From Spirochaetia bacterium (GTDB lineage: Bacteria; Spirochaetota; Spirochaetia; DSM-2461), in contig OY764216.1 of NCBI GenBank assembly GCA_963668315.1, positions 4,768,001 through 4,832,000 of the forward strand: 64,000 nt of DNA, written 5' to 3'. Below are positions 10,223 to 20,790 of the stretch, one piece after another. A program made the translations under genes and the position numbers. Each line of letters opens with the position of its first letter. Positions within the stretch are counted from its first letter, which is position 1. The notes under the pieces are model-generated. The model had not been told where the DNA came from. It worked only from the letters and a program-made list of their open reading frames with translations, and searched no databases.

Positions 10223-11671
10223 CTAATTATTATTCAGTTTCAGGCAGGTTTCGGCGATATTCTTTCCCAGCTGGAAAAAAGCGGATCTCACAAGTCCGGT
10301 GGGATCGTTACCCGTCACAGAGCTGCTGATATCCTCGATAACATTCACCCGGTGCTCCCACAGGTCCGCTTCATAAAGAACGGCGCCGGCATTCATCTGG
10401 TATAACTCTCCTTTCTGAGAAAAGTTACGTATGCCCGCCTCACAGAAGAGGATTATATCATAATTGTTGCCGTAATGGGAATTGAACTCGCGCACCATTT
10501 CCAATTCCGACATGCCCCGCAGGGTCTCCAGGTCAAAATCCACCGGTTCCACATGGTAGTCCTGCTCCCTTAACCGATTCAGAACAGCTTCCTCGGTCGT
10601 TTTTGAATCAAGGATTCTCCCGGCCACATCCCGGTCCTCTATAATAACAGCGGTATTCAATACGCGCCGGTCCTGTCTGACCGGGACGTTTTTTTCCAGG
10701 GTGAATCGGCTTAACTGCGATTCCAGCTCCCTTCCGGCGCCCTGTTCAAGGGAGGAAAGATTCTCAAACAAACGGTCATATGTCCCCGGAAGCAGGGAAA
10801 AGAGCACCCTCCCCTGCCCGATTCCCGAAGGAAAGGGAAAGGATAATTCCGCCAGCCCCTCCCTGTCGCTGGGCAGGGATATATGCAGATTTTCCGTCCG
10901 GTTGTCCACCGCAGGGACCGCCATATCCACAGTCCAGGGGATTCTCTGGTTCTCAGCGGCAGCGAGAGGGATACTCACATCATAGGTCCAGGAACGCCGG
11001 GCTCCCAGATATACGGTATCCGGACCGGATATCACCGGCGCATCCGTCATCTCCAGATGGCCGGAAGCGGAACGGAAGGCTTTGCCTCTGAGATAACCGG
11101 CAAGCAGGCCTCCCGTACTCAGCCCCTCCCGGGCCGCCTCCATATCAAAAAGGAAGGCGGAAAAGGGATACCCCCCCTGAGCGGCATCATCCGCCCGGGC
11201 GAGGAGACGGTCAAACTCACTGCTGCCGCTCAAATAGGTCCGCAGCTGATCGCGGTGCTTCTCGTATTCACTGCGGCTGTAGCGGAAACGGACGGCCGCG
11301 GCCAGATTTTCCCCCTCCCGGTACCAGGTGAAATCCTCCGTTTTCCCTCCGGGGATTATCGTCTCCTCCCCCTCAAGAAAAGCCTTGAAAAGAGCCGTCA
11401 GATAATCCCTCTCGTCATGGTAGGAAGAGAAATCCTCCTCGGAGAACCCCATATGCCTGAGGATTTTCCCAGAAAGGTTCTCCGCCAGGTCATCGAGAGC
11501 CTGCTCCTTGTCGGCCCCCCTGCCCACGGCGGTAAAAAGAAGAGAGTCATCATCAATCTTCGTTTCATCATCGACCCAGAAAGGTGCCATGGCGGCCATA
11601 TCATCTCCCGCGCATGAGATGAACATCAGTACGGTAATTATCGTTATCAGAGCAGCCTTAACAATTCGCAT
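10223..11671 (-). CDS. Hypothetical lipoprotein
   Basis: Lipobox-like MFISC; LPP20-like P.W...FTAVG start; tightly coupled to its neighbours. Confidence 0.7.
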   Translation of the reverse strand: MRIVKAALITIITVLMFISCAGDDMAAMAPFWVDDETKIDDDSLLFTAVGRGADKEQALDDLAENLSGKILRHMGFSEEDFSSYHDERDYLTALFKAFLEGEETIIPGGKTEDFTWYREGENLAAAVRFRYSRSEYEKHRDQLRTYLSGSSEFDRLLARADDAAQGGYPFSAFLFDMEAAREGLSTGGLLAGYLRGKAFRSASGHLEMTDAPVISGPDTVYLGARRSWTYDVSIPLAAAENQRIPWTVDMAVPAVDNRTENLHISLPSDREGLAELSFPFPSGIGQGRVLFSLLPGTYDRLFENLSSLEQGAGRELESQLSRFTLEKNVPVRQDRRVLNTAVIIEDRDVAGRILDSKTTEEAVLNRLREQDYHVEPVDFDLETLRGMSELEMVREFNSHYGNNYDIILFCEAGIRNFSQKGELYQMNAGAVLYEADLWEHRVNVIEDISSSVTGNDPTGLVRSAFFQLGKNIAETCLKLNNN

Positions 11672-11674
11672 GGC

Positions 11675-13015
11675 CTATCCTTTCCCCCTTGGGGAATCAT
11701 TAAATTCAAAATGGGAAAACCCCCATTCAAGGAGAACTCCCTCGAATGACTGATATCCCGTTCCGTCACTGCCCCAGACGGTATTTCCGCCGGCCGAGTA
11801 CTCCCTGGGAATGACAAGGGACCGGAAGACGTCCTCCCTTTCCAGAATACCGTCAACATACCATCTAATCAAGAGGTCTTTCCCGTGGGGCAATATTTCC
11901 AGAGAAAGCCAGAAGGGGCGGTTATAAAGGTCCTGATCAAAATCACACTTCGACCGGAAAAAACGGTCCGTTTCTGAATGGAAGGAGAGCATAAAACTAT
12001 TCCCCACTCTGAAAAGGTCAAACCCGTAGTCCCCTGTTCCATCGGTAGTCTCGAGGATTTTTACCGTCTCCAGGGCCGAATCATCATCAGGTTTATTCAA
12101 GATGATGCGCATCGCAAGCTTCGAATTTCCTTCGAGCGCCTCCCCCTGGAGAATCTTCCCGTCAAAACGCAGGAAAGAATCTGCACCGAAGATGTACCCG
12201 CTGTCTCCTCTCAGGCAGAAGGGGACAAGAGAATGGGAGCCGAGATAGGAGAGAGCGTCCTTATCCCTCTCACCGATCTGCCTCAGCCCCCTGTCTATGC
12301 GCGTTCCGTCACAATAAAAAAGATGTTCCCACTCCTCCGGTTCCAGGACACCGTCCCTATCGGGGATATCGTTGAAATAGATCTCACAATCGCCGAAGAC
12401 AGGGGATAGCTCCGTTCCATTAAGGGGTTTGCCGGGAAAAAGTTCCGCAGTGAGGGAATAGTTGCCCTTTTCCCCGGGCCCGTAAAAACAGAACCGGTCC
12501 GCCCCTTCCGAGCAGAAACCCTCCTGGAGGATTCTCCCGTCAAGCCTCCACCTGACGTAGGGATTGTCACTCCCGGAATCAAAGGAGCATACCGCCTCTA
12601 CAATGGATCCAGCCATGGGAACGGGAGGATAGTAGAGTATTTCGGGCTCCCCGTAATCCTGTTTCTGAAAAAAAACATCCACCGACTGTATCTGGTCAGA
12701 TTCTCCCCGGGGATAGCAGGAGATCCTCATGATGCCGCTTTGCGCCCCCCCGGGAATGGGGAGAATGACGGGATCATGGCATGTAAAGTGGTTTTCATAG
12801 AGAATGTCCGACTTTTGTTCTATGACGACGGTCACGTCTTTCTCGGCGGAGCGGCTTTTACGGCTTGCGGGAATGAGGGATATTGCATCATCCGAGTGGA
12901 GCCACATACCCTCTCGCGGCAGGGTAAAAAGGACACATTCCTCCGAAAGACAGGAGCACTGGGAAAAGAAAAAAAGAAAAGCAAGACAGGCGAGGGGTAT
13001 AAAACTCTTATTCAT
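11675..13015 (-). CDS. Hypothetical exported protein, possible Ig-like plus ConA/LamG-like domains
   Basis: Signal peptide; beta-rich segments YVRWRLDG and IRWYVDG...GNTVWG...FEGVLLEW. Confidence 0.6.
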   Translation of the reverse strand: MNKSFIPLACLAFLFFFSQCSCLSEECVLFTLPREGMWLHSDDAISLIPASRKSRSAEKDVTVVIEQKSDILYENHFTCHDPVILPIPGGAQSGIMRISCYPRGESDQIQSVDVFFQKQDYGEPEILYYPPVPMAGSIVEAVCSFDSGSDNPYVRWRLDGRILQEGFCSEGADRFCFYGPGEKGNYSLTAELFPGKPLNGTELSPVFGDCEIYFNDIPDRDGVLEPEEWEHLFYCDGTRIDRGLRQIGERDKDALSYLGSHSLVPFCLRGDSGYIFGADSFLRFDGKILQGEALEGNSKLAMRIILNKPDDDSALETVKILETTDGTGDYGFDLFRVGNSFMLSFHSETDRFFRSKCDFDQDLYNRPFWLSLEILPHGKDLLIRWYVDGILEREDVFRSLVIPREYSAGGNTVWGSDGTGYQSFEGVLLEWGFSHFEFNDSPRGKG

Positions 13016-13137
13016 AATTTATTAACCAGGCTGCCCTACCTTAATGAATGATGATAAAGAGTAATTTAGTCCCTCGGGTAATAAAAAACCACTTTTTCCT
13101 CTACAAAATGGTAGAAAATGCGGGAGCCCCGAAGGAG

Positions 13138-13174
13138 TCCGGTCCGGATGAAGAATTTCCTCCACCGGACCGGA
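13138..13174 (-). terminator. Stem-loop downstream of rubrerythrin
   Basis: TCCGGTCCGG / CCGGACCGGA 10-bp inverted repeat. Confidence 0.5.
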
Positions 13175-13180
13175 GGATAT

Positions 13181-13768
13181 TTACCAGTTTTCTCCCAGAA
13201 TTTCAAAATAGGCCTGAGGATGCCTGCAGGCGGGGCAGAGCTTGGGAGCTTCCTTACCCTCATAGAGGTAGCCGCAGTTAATACAGCGCCAGGTAACAGA
13301 CTCGTCCCTCTTGAAGACCCGGTCGCCCTTCAGATTGGCCGCCAGATCGTTATAGCGTTTTTCGTGCTGTTTTTCAGCTACCATAACCATGCGGAAAAGA
13401 GTGGCGACCTCCTTGAATCCCTCCTCCTCGGCCTTGGCGGCAAAGGCGGGATAAAGATCGGTCCACTCCTCATTTTCTCCGGCGGCGGCGGCATGAAGAT
13501 TCTCCAGAGTCGTACCAACCTTGTCCCCTTCGAATCCGGCGGGAAAGGATGCGGTAATTTCCACGACGCCCCCTTCAAGAAAAGAAAAAAATCTTTCGCC
13601 GTGTTCCTTCTCCTGAGCGGCGGTCTCTTCGAAAATCTGGCTAATCTGAACATAACCCTCTTTCTTGGCCTTGGACGCGAAAAAGGTATACCGATTCCTG
13701 GCCTGAGATTCACCGGCAAAAGCCTTGAGCAGATTTTTTTCCGTTTCCGTTCCTTTAATAGATCCCAT
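13181..13768 (-). CDS. rbr: Rubrerythrin
   Basis: [20 protein letters not shown] diiron ligands, WRCINCGY...CPACRHP rubredoxin tail. Confidence 0.96.
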   Translation of the reverse strand: MGSIKGTETEKNLLKAFAGESQARNRYTFFASKAKKEGYVQISQIFEETAAQEKEHGERFFSFLEGGVVEITASFPAGFEGDKVGTTLENLHAAAAGENEEWTDLYPAFAAKAEEEGFKEVATLFRMVMVAEKQHEKRYNDLAANLKGDRVFKRDESVTWRCINCGYLYEGKEAPKLCPACRHPQAYFEILGENW

Positions 13769-13918
13769 TCTTTTCTCCTTAATTTGTCGTGATTTCCGGT
13801 AACACAGATTTACCGTTTTCTATTACTGTTCAGTATACAATACTTTTCCCGTTATTTGTAGGATGAACTTTATTTTCATGTTCTTGACATGAATAGTATG
13901 CCGTCATACTATTCCTCC

Positions 13919-14635
13919 ATGACCACCTCTTCCCCCATAACTATCAAGGCTGTCGTATTCGACCTTTTTTCCACCCTGACATCCCTTACCCACCTGCCCG
14001 ACGCACCGGGCAGAAACGCCCACGAGATACTGGGGGTAGACAGAGCCCAGTGGCGTGAGGCCCTTTTCAATGACTCCCGGGATAGGCTGATTGGAACCAT
14101 CCGGCAGCCCGTGGATATAATCAGGGATATCGCCTGGAAAATTAATCCGGCCATTTCCGAGGAAGTCCTGGAAGAAACGGCCCGGGAACGAAGAATCCGT
14201 TTCCGATACTGCCTGGAGCATCCGCCCGAAGGCGTTGTGGACGGGATAAGGAGAATCCGTGAGGCCGGGTTCAAACTGGCCCTGATCAGCAATGCCGATG
14301 CGGTGGAAATCGAGGGCTGGGACGGTTCGGAACTGGGCTCACTCTTCGATCTGGCCCTGTTCTCCTGCCATGAGGGGTATATGAAGCCGGAACAGGAGAT
14401 ATTCCGCCTGTGCCTCGACCGTCTGGGCCTTGAGGGAAAGGAGTGCCTCTACGTGGGTGACGGCGGCAATGACGAGCTCATCGCCTCGGCGCAGGCAGGC
14501 ATGCACGCCGTTCTGACCACTCAGTTTCTCAAGCTGTCCTGGCCGGAGAAAATTAAAGAGCGCCGGGAAACGGTCAGCTATCAGATTGAACACCTTAACG
14601 AAATACTGCCCCTTATCGACAGGCTCTCCCAGTGA
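13919..14635 (+). CDS. HAD-family hydrolase
   Basis: VVFDLFSTL, ISN, KP, YVGD; start placed at ATG 13919 after TTGACA-17-TACTAT. Confidence 0.88.
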   Translation: MTTSSPITIKAVVFDLFSTLTSLTHLPDAPGRNAHEILGVDRAQWREALFNDSRDRLIGTIRQPVDIIRDIAWKINPAISEEVLEETARERRIRFRYCLEHPPEGVVDGIRRIREAGFKLALISNADAVEIEGWDGSELGSLFDLALFSCHEGYMKPEQEIFRLCLDRLGLEGKECLYVGDGGNDELIASAQAGMHAVLTTQFLKLSWPEKIKERRETVSYQIEHLNEILPLIDRLSQ

Positions 14636-16953
14636 CGGAGATCTCCCTCCCGGTCCGGGAATTCATTGAACTGACCGCCCGGGAAGGAGATATGAAAGGG
14701 GGCTTTTTTTCCAACCGGCGAGCCGTTGACGGCACTCTGGGACACAAGAAGGTACAGGCCTCCCGCCCCATCCGCTACGAGAAGGAAAAAAAGGTGGAGA
14801 GGTCCTTCACAAAAAAAGACCTGACCCTCCGTCTGGAAGGACGGATCGACGGGGTGTTCCTCACCGATCCGCTGGAACTGGAAGAGATCAAAACGGTGGA
14901 ACGGGAGTTTCCCGGTTCCTGGGAGGAATCCCCCGTTCTGCACCGCGCCCAGCTCCTCGTCTATGGAGCCCTTGTACGTCCCGAACCGGAAGAATCCCTT
15001 AAGCTGACTCTCACCTATTACCACCTGCGCTCGGAGAAGGAGGAGAGTTATTCCAGGCTGATGAACGGCATGGAGCTCTCCCTCTACCTTGACGATCTCC
15101 TGGATAAATACTTCTCCGCACGGGAACAGAGGGAAAACTGGTTCAGGAAAAGAGACCGGTCCTTCCGAAAACTCTCCTTCCCCTACGGTGCCTTCCGGCC
15201 GGGGCAGAGGGATTTATCCGCCCAAGTGTACCGCGCCGTCCGGGATGAATGCTTCCTGATGATCCAGGCACCCACGGGAACGGGGAAAACAATGGGAACC
15301 CTGTTCCCCGCGGTCAAGGCACTGGGCGAGGACAGGGCGGACCGGATCATCTACCTCACGGCCCGTACCCCGGGGCGGCTCCTTGCCGCCGAAGCGGTCA
15401 AAGATATGGAAAAAGAGGGAGCCGCCCTGCTTACCGTCGTGTTGACGGGAAAGGAGAAAATCTGCCGCACCCCCGATGCCCGGCAGTGCGATCCGGAGTT
15501 CTGCCCCTATGCCGCAGGCTATTATGATAAACTTCCGCAGATTCTTGAGCGTAGGGAGGAGATCCGCTTTTTCGACAGGGATGTCTTTAACAGACTGGCC
15601 GACGAGTGGAATATCTGCCCCTTCGAACTTTCCCTGGACATGGGGCTGGAAGCGGATATTCTGATAGCCGATTACAATCATCTCTTTGATCCCGTCGTGT
15701 CACTCAAGCGCTACTTTGCCCGGCCGGGCGAACGGTATGCCGCCCTTATGGACGAGGTTCACAACCTGCCCGACCGGGGCAGGGACATGTTTACGGCGCG
15801 GCTGGGGAAGGAAGCGATCCTGGAAATCAAACGGAGTCTGAAGAGATCCCATCCTTCCCTTGAGAAATCCCCCCTTCTCCGCTCCCTGGAAGGGATTAAT
15901 CGCCTTCTGCTCGAATACAGGAAAAGATGCGACGAGCGGGCAGACGGCGTCCTGGCGCTTAAGGAGCCGGACAAAAACCTCCTGGACAAGATCCAGAGAT
16001 TCAACCAGCTGGCCGAAGAGAACCTGCGGGAGGATCTTCCCCCGGAAACCTTTTCCCTTCTCATGTCCTTCTATCTGGACACCCGTTTTTTCAGCCGCAT
16101 CGCCGAATTGTACGGTGACCCATTCCGCTTTGTACTGGAGAGCCGGGGAAAAAGGGACTGCGAGGCCGCCCTTCTCTGCCTGCATCCGGCCCCTTTATTA
16201 AAGGAAGGCTTTGAGAAATGCCGGTCCGCCGTGCTCTTTTCCGCCACACTGACCCCCCAGGATTATTTCCGGGAGATACTTCTGGACACGGAGAGGGAAA
16301 TACGCCGGGCCGTAATGGAATCCCCCTTCGATCCCCGGAACTGTCCCGTTCTCATCAGGACGGATATCAACACCCGCTACCGGGGGCGGGAGGAGAGCCT
16401 GGACCAGCTCGTACGGGCCATTCACGGGGGGCGCGTTCAGGGACAGGGTAACCATCTTGTTTTCTTCCCCTCCTATCGCTATCTGGAATCCGCCCGGGAA
16501 CGCTGGACGGAGACCTATCCCCGGGAGGAGGTCCTGGTTCAGACAGGGGGGATGGGGGAAGAGGAGCGGGAAGAGTATCTGGCCCGTTTTTTCAAGGCCC
16601 GGGAGGAGAAAAAGCCCCTTCTGGCCTTTGCCGTCATGGGGGGAATCTTCGGAGAGGGGATAGATCTTCCCGGGGATCTTCTTACCGGAGTAACCGTGGT
16701 GGGCGTGGGCCTTCCGGGAATTGGCCCGGAAAGGGAACTTCTCAAGGAGTACTATGATCAGCGGGGAATGAACGGATTTGATTACGCCTACCGTCTTCCC
16801 GGATGGAACAGGGTACTCCAGGCGGCCGGCCGTCTGATAAGGAAGGAGACGGACCGGGGGATCATACAGCTCATAGACGACCGGTTCGGACACTCCGTCT
16901 ACCGCCGCCTTTATCCCCCTCACTGGTTCATTACCTCGAATCCGCGCTTGTAA
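14632..16953 (+). CDS. Rad3/XPD/DinG-like Fe-S DNA helicase with N-terminal PD-(D/E)XK nuclease-like domain
   Basis: EGRIDG..EEIKT..QLLVY nuclease motifs; QAPTGTGKT; four Fe-S cysteines; DEVH; QAAGRLIR. Confidence 0.9.
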   Translation: MTEISLPVREFIELTAREGDMKGGFFSNRRAVDGTLGHKKVQASRPIRYEKEKKVERSFTKKDLTLRLEGRIDGVFLTDPLELEEIKTVEREFPGSWEESPVLHRAQLLVYGALVRPEPEESLKLTLTYYHLRSEKEESYSRLMNGMELSLYLDDLLDKYFSAREQRENWFRKRDRSFRKLSFPYGAFRPGQRDLSAQVYRAVRDECFLMIQAPTGTGKTMGTLFPAVKALGEDRADRIIYLTARTPGRLLAAEAVKDMEKEGAALLTVVLTGKEKICRTPDARQCDPEFCPYAAGYYDKLPQILERREEIRFFDRDVFNRLADEWNICPFELSLDMGLEADILIADYNHLFDPVVSLKRYFARPGERYAALMDEVHNLPDRGRDMFTARLGKEAILEIKRSLKRSHPSLEKSPLLRSLEGINRLLLEYRKRCDERADGVLALKEPDKNLLDKIQRFNQLAEENLREDLPPETFSLLMSFYLDTRFFSRIAELYGDPFRFVLESRGKRDCEAALLCLHPAPLLKEGFEKCRSAVLFSATLTPQDYFREILLDTEREIRRAVMESPFDPRNCPVLIRTDINTRYRGREESLDQLVRAIHGGRVQGQGNHLVFFPSYRYLESARERWTETYPREEVLVQTGGMGEEEREEYLARFFKAREEKKPLLAFAVMGGIFGEGIDLPGDLLTGVTVVGVGLPGIGPERELLKEYYDQRGMNGFDYAYRLPGWNRVLQAAGRLIRKETDRGIIQLIDDRFGHSVYRRLYPPHWFITSNPRL

Positions 16954-16984
16954 GGTCACCTTTTAGGGGGTATAATACAAACCG

Positions 16985-17914
16985 ATGAACGCTCTTCACC
17001 TTCTCAATGAAGACACCCCCTCCTTTGTTCTGGAAATGATCTTCCAGTTAAAGGTAAAGGACGTCATGACCCGGAGCCTTCTGACGGCAGACAGGCAGAC
17101 CTCCCTGAAAGAGATACAGCAGATGATGAAGCAGAAAGCCGTGACGGGGATTCCCGTGGCGGAGCATAAGAGGCTTTTCGGCATAATCAGCCTGGAAGAT
17201 ATCATCCGCGCCCTGGAAGGGGGCTACATCAATGACCCGGCGGAGAAGCGCATGACGAGGAATCTCATTGTCCTTGAGGAGGACATGCCTCTCTCCTTCG
17301 CCATCAACTACATGGACAAATACCGCTACGGCCGTTTCCCCGTGCTCAACATCAGCAAGGAGCTGGTGGGGATTATCACCAGCCGGGATATTATCAATAA
17401 ACTGCTCGTGCGGATTAATGAGGAGATGACCCAGCTGGAGAACAGCCTGGTCCGGGAGCCGGATCACAGGGTGGACAGCTATCACAAAGCCTATATATGC
17501 CACCGGTTTGACTTTGAAAACGCCGGCCGGGCCAGCACGGAGATAAAGAAATACCTGAAAGGCCTGGGACTGGACAGAAAACTGATCCGGCGGGTTGCCG
17601 TGGCATCCTATGAGCTGGAGATAAATCTGGTTGTCCATTCCCAGGGGGGAACCCTCTACTTCGAAGCGGAAAACGACAGAATACGGCTGACGGCCAACGA
17701 CGAGGGGCCGGGCATAGGTGACGTGGACCTGGTCATGAAAGAGGGGTATTCCACGGCCAACGACTGGATACGCTCCCTCGGATTCGGCGCGGGCATGGGG
17801 CTTCCCAATGTCAAAAGGGTATCCGATTCCTTTTCCATTCAATCCGAACCGGGCAAGGGAACGACCGTCATATCTGAAATAGAACTGAACAAAGGAGAGA
17901 CCGATGACGATTAG
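16985..17914 (+). CDS. CBS-domain protein fused to RsbT-like Ser/Thr kinase (HATPase_c)
   Basis: CBS pair (VKDVMT, GIISLEDI, GIITSRD), then E..NLVVH, DEGPGI, GAGMGLPN, GKGT. Confidence 0.88.
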   Translation: MNALHLLNEDTPSFVLEMIFQLKVKDVMTRSLLTADRQTSLKEIQQMMKQKAVTGIPVAEHKRLFGIISLEDIIRALEGGYINDPAEKRMTRNLIVLEEDMPLSFAINYMDKYRYGRFPVLNISKELVGIITSRDIINKLLVRINEEMTQLENSLVREPDHRVDSYHKAYICHRFDFENAGRASTEIKKYLKGLGLDRKLIRRVAVASYELEINLVVHSQGGTLYFEAENDRIRLTANDEGPGIGDVDLVMKEGYSTANDWIRSLGFGAGMGLPNVKRVSDSFSIQSEPGKGTTVISEIELNKGETDDD

Positions 17915-18233
17915 TGATCTGGAAAAGCAGCTGGGATACGTTCCCCTCTGGGAAGGTTATGAAGAGGGGATCATAGCCGACGGTTACACATCCGACCTGT
18001 TGAGCGATGTGATGGGGAACGCCCCTGACGATTCGGTGCTCATAACCATACAGGCCCATAAGAATACCGTAGCCGTGGCGACTCTGGCGGGAATAAAGGC
18101 TATCGTGCTCTGCAACAACCGCCCCGCCCCTGAGGAGATGATAGAAACGGCCCGGGAGGAGGGAATCGCTCTTTTCCGTACCGCAGACAACCAGTTCACC
18201 GCCTCTTGGAAAATACGGGGTTATCTGGCCTGA
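17904..18233 (+). CDS. DRTGG-domain protein
   Basis: GYTSDLLSDVMG...VLIT..H.NTVAVA.L...IVL motif; lies between the kinase and PHP genes. Confidence 0.8.
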   Translation: MTISDLEKQLGYVPLWEGYEEGIIADGYTSDLLSDVMGNAPDDSVLITIQAHKNTVAVATLAGIKAIVLCNNRPAPEEMIETAREEGIALFRTADNQFTASWKIRGYLA

Positions 18234-18236
18234 GAG

Positions 18237-18947
18237 ATGCTGGTCAAGGCTGATTTTCATATACACTCCTGCCTCTCCCCCTGCGGAGATCTTTCCATGG
18301 CTCCCCGGGACATAGCCGGAACAGCCCGGGAAAAGGGCCTCGACATTATAGCCCTCACCGACCACAACACGGCGCTGAACTGCCCCGCCTTCAGGGAGGC
18401 CTGCATCGGTTTCGGACTTTATCCCCTCTTCGGCATGGAGGTGACCACATCGGAGGAACTCCACTGCCTGGCCCTTTTCAGCAAGGTCGAGGAAGCCCTG
18501 GCATTCGGAGAACGGATAGCAGCCTGCTACCGCGGCCCCGTCAACATTCCGGAAAAGTTCGGCGATCAGATCTATCTGGATGAGGAGGAAAATATACTGG
18601 GCGAAGTGGAAGTCAACCTGGCCCAGGGAGCCACCGACCTGAGCCTTACCGGCCTGGGATCTCTTATCCGATCAGCCGGCGGTCTCTTCATTCCCGCCCA
18701 TATCGACCGCCCCTCCTACAGCATTGCGAGCCAGCTGGGCTTTCTTCCCCCCGATGACTATCATGCCCTGGAAGTGACTCTGCCCCGCCCTCATATAGGG
18801 ACCGGCTCCTATCCACTGACAGCCGGTTCAGACGCCCATTATCCCGAAGATATCGGCAGGCGCTATACTCTTCTGGAAGTGAGGGAACTCTCTTTTCACG
18901 GAATCGCCGATGCCCTCCCGGGGGGAAAAACTTTTTTTTCCCGGTAA
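18237..18947 (+). CDS. PHP-domain phosphoesterase
   Basis: DFHIHSCLSPC, ALTDHN, GME, PAHIDR, SDAH. Confidence 0.9.
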   Translation: MLVKADFHIHSCLSPCGDLSMAPRDIAGTAREKGLDIIALTDHNTALNCPAFREACIGFGLYPLFGMEVTTSEELHCLALFSKVEEALAFGERIAACYRGPVNIPEKFGDQIYLDEEENILGEVEVNLAQGATDLSLTGLGSLIRSAGGLFIPAHIDRPSYSIASQLGFLPPDDYHALEVTLPRPHIGTGSYPLTAGSDAHYPEDIGRRYTLLEVRELSFHGIADALPGGKTFFSR

Positions 18948-19085
18948 CAATCTCTGATTATCCGATTGTTATACAGAGTAAGGGAAAGGGTTAAAATGAC
19001 AGAATATTTTTAATGTTTTTGTTTTTTCTCCCTTAATGTTTTATAATATAAGTGATTGTTAAATCGCTAAAGGAGTCTAATAACA

Positions 19086-19682
19086 ATGAAGAAATTAGTA
19101 GTTTTGCTATTTACTGCGGCTATCGTCTTCGGATTCGCATCCTGCGGTTCCGAACCGGAGAATTCCGGTGATACGGCGGTCGACACGAAAGGACTGGACG
19201 TTCCCGACTGGTTTCTCGTTCCCCCCCAGGCTGACGATATGATTTACGGTATCGGTGTTGATACAAGATCCGATATGGCCAGAGCCAAAGATATTGCGGC
19301 TTCACGGGCAAGAGCAGACATAGCCAAACAGCTCAGTGTCACCGTAGAAACCATGCTCACCGACTACTTTCAGGAAGCCGGCGAAGGGGATAATACCCAG
19401 GCTATCGAAATGATCGAATCGATCACCAAGGAAGTGGCCGAAGTAGACCTTAAGAATGCGATTCTCAAGGAAACCTACCCCGTACTCGAGAAAAACGGCG
19501 AATATACCATGTATGTTCTGGTTGAATACGACAAGACCAAGGCCGTAGAGGAAGAGGTAGCTCAGATTTTCCAGAGAAATGAAAGCGCCGCCTTTGCCGA
19601 GTTCAAATCCCAGCAGGCTCTGGAAAGACTGAACGCAGAACTGGATAACAATCCCCCCAGTTCCACGGCTAACGCAGAATAG
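19086..19682 (+). CDS. LPP20-family lipoprotein
   Basis: FGFASC lipobox; VPDW...YGIG...A...ARADIA; strong SD. Confidence 0.8.
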   Translation: MKKLVVLLFTAAIVFGFASCGSEPENSGDTAVDTKGLDVPDWFLVPPQADDMIYGIGVDTRSDMARAKDIAASRARADIAKQLSVTVETMLTDYFQEAGEGDNTQAIEMIESITKEVAEVDLKNAILKETYPVLEKNGEYTMYVLVEYDKTKAVEEEVAQIFQRNESAAFAEFKSQQALERLNAELDNNPPSSTANAE

Positions 19683-19699
19683 GAGCAACGGACCGGTCT

Positions 19700-20770
19700 A
19701 TGATGAAAAGAATATCGATTTTTCTGCTGACAATTTTCTCTCTGGCAGGTCTGGCTGCCCAGTCGGACATAAAGGGAGAGATTATCTATCTTGAGGGAGA
19801 AGTCAATATCTCCCGAAAAGGGGAGATGCTTCCTTTCAACGAAGTTGATATGGGCCTTCTCCTGGAAGAGGAAGACGTCATCAAGACCGGTTTCGACGGT
19901 TATATGGAAATTGAGCTGACTTATCCCGGTCAGGGGAGTCTGCTCAAGGTCCAGCCCGATACGGTTTTCTACTTTGATAAAAGGGAAAATTCGGGAAGAA
20001 GCACTGCCCGGGTCAATCTTCTGGGCGGTTCAATCGGGCTGAAAGTCAGTAAACTGACCAGCAACGAAAGCATGAACGTGGAAACCCAGTCGGCGGTCAT
20101 GGGAATTCGGGGAACCGAATTCGATGTCAATCGGGCCGTCACGGGAGAAATACTGGTAACATGCGATGAAGGAAAAGTCTCCTGCGCCACTCCGGCGATG
20201 GAAACCTTCTCCCTGCCGGGGACTGTCTGTCTTCAGGACGACGGCAAGGATTTCGTCAATGACAATGTCTCCGTGGCTGATCTGGATAACTACAGGAACA
20301 GATGGTGGAGTGCCCGCATGGAAGCATTGACGACCCTCGGTCCTCTGTCTGTGGAGTACTATACGGGTCGGTTCGACAGCCAGATCATACTTTTTGACAG
20401 TGCCTGGGACGAATTGGAAGACAACGACATGCTCTTTAAAGAGTATGAGTCCATACTGGCCGACGGAAGCACCCCCTCCCGGGCAAAAGCAACCCGGGAT
20501 AAAATGACACTCACGTCATCTGTCATCAAAATGCGATCCGCCCTTCCTCTTATGGAAGAAGTGTTCTACACCCTTCAGCTTTTGAAAGAGTACCAGAGCC
20601 GAAACGTCTTTGACGGAGACAGCCGGGACTTCCGGGAATTCAGCAAAAGAGAGGCCTCTCTGGAAAGCCGCCTGGTTCAGGCCCGTTATTACCTTTCCCT
20701 TTACGGAAAAGTATCAGCCTTTGCCGCAGGGGGAAACAATTCCACCCTGAACAGCATGCTTTCCAATTAA
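19700..20770 (+). CDS. FecR-domain exported protein
   Basis: Signal peptide; YLEGEV...IKTG.DG...T.SAVMGIRGTEF.V...EGKV. Confidence 0.82.
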   Translation: MMKRISIFLLTIFSLAGLAAQSDIKGEIIYLEGEVNISRKGEMLPFNEVDMGLLLEEEDVIKTGFDGYMEIELTYPGQGSLLKVQPDTVFYFDKRENSGRSTARVNLLGGSIGLKVSKLTSNESMNVETQSAVMGIRGTEFDVNRAVTGEILVTCDEGKVSCATPAMETFSLPGTVCLQDDGKDFVNDNVSVADLDNYRNRWWSARMEALTTLGPLSVEYYTGRFDSQIILFDSAWDELEDNDMLFKEYESILADGSTPSRAKATRDKMTLTSSVIKMRSALPLMEEVFYTLQLLKEYQSRNVFDGDSRDFREFSKREASLESRLVQARYYLSLYGKVSAFAAGGNNSTLNSMLSN

Positions 20771-20790
20771 CACCGGGAACGCGGTTCGGG

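Noticed and set aside
14632..16953. Cas4/CasDinG CRISPR association
   Set aside because: No repeat-spacer array or cas genes anywhere in the window.
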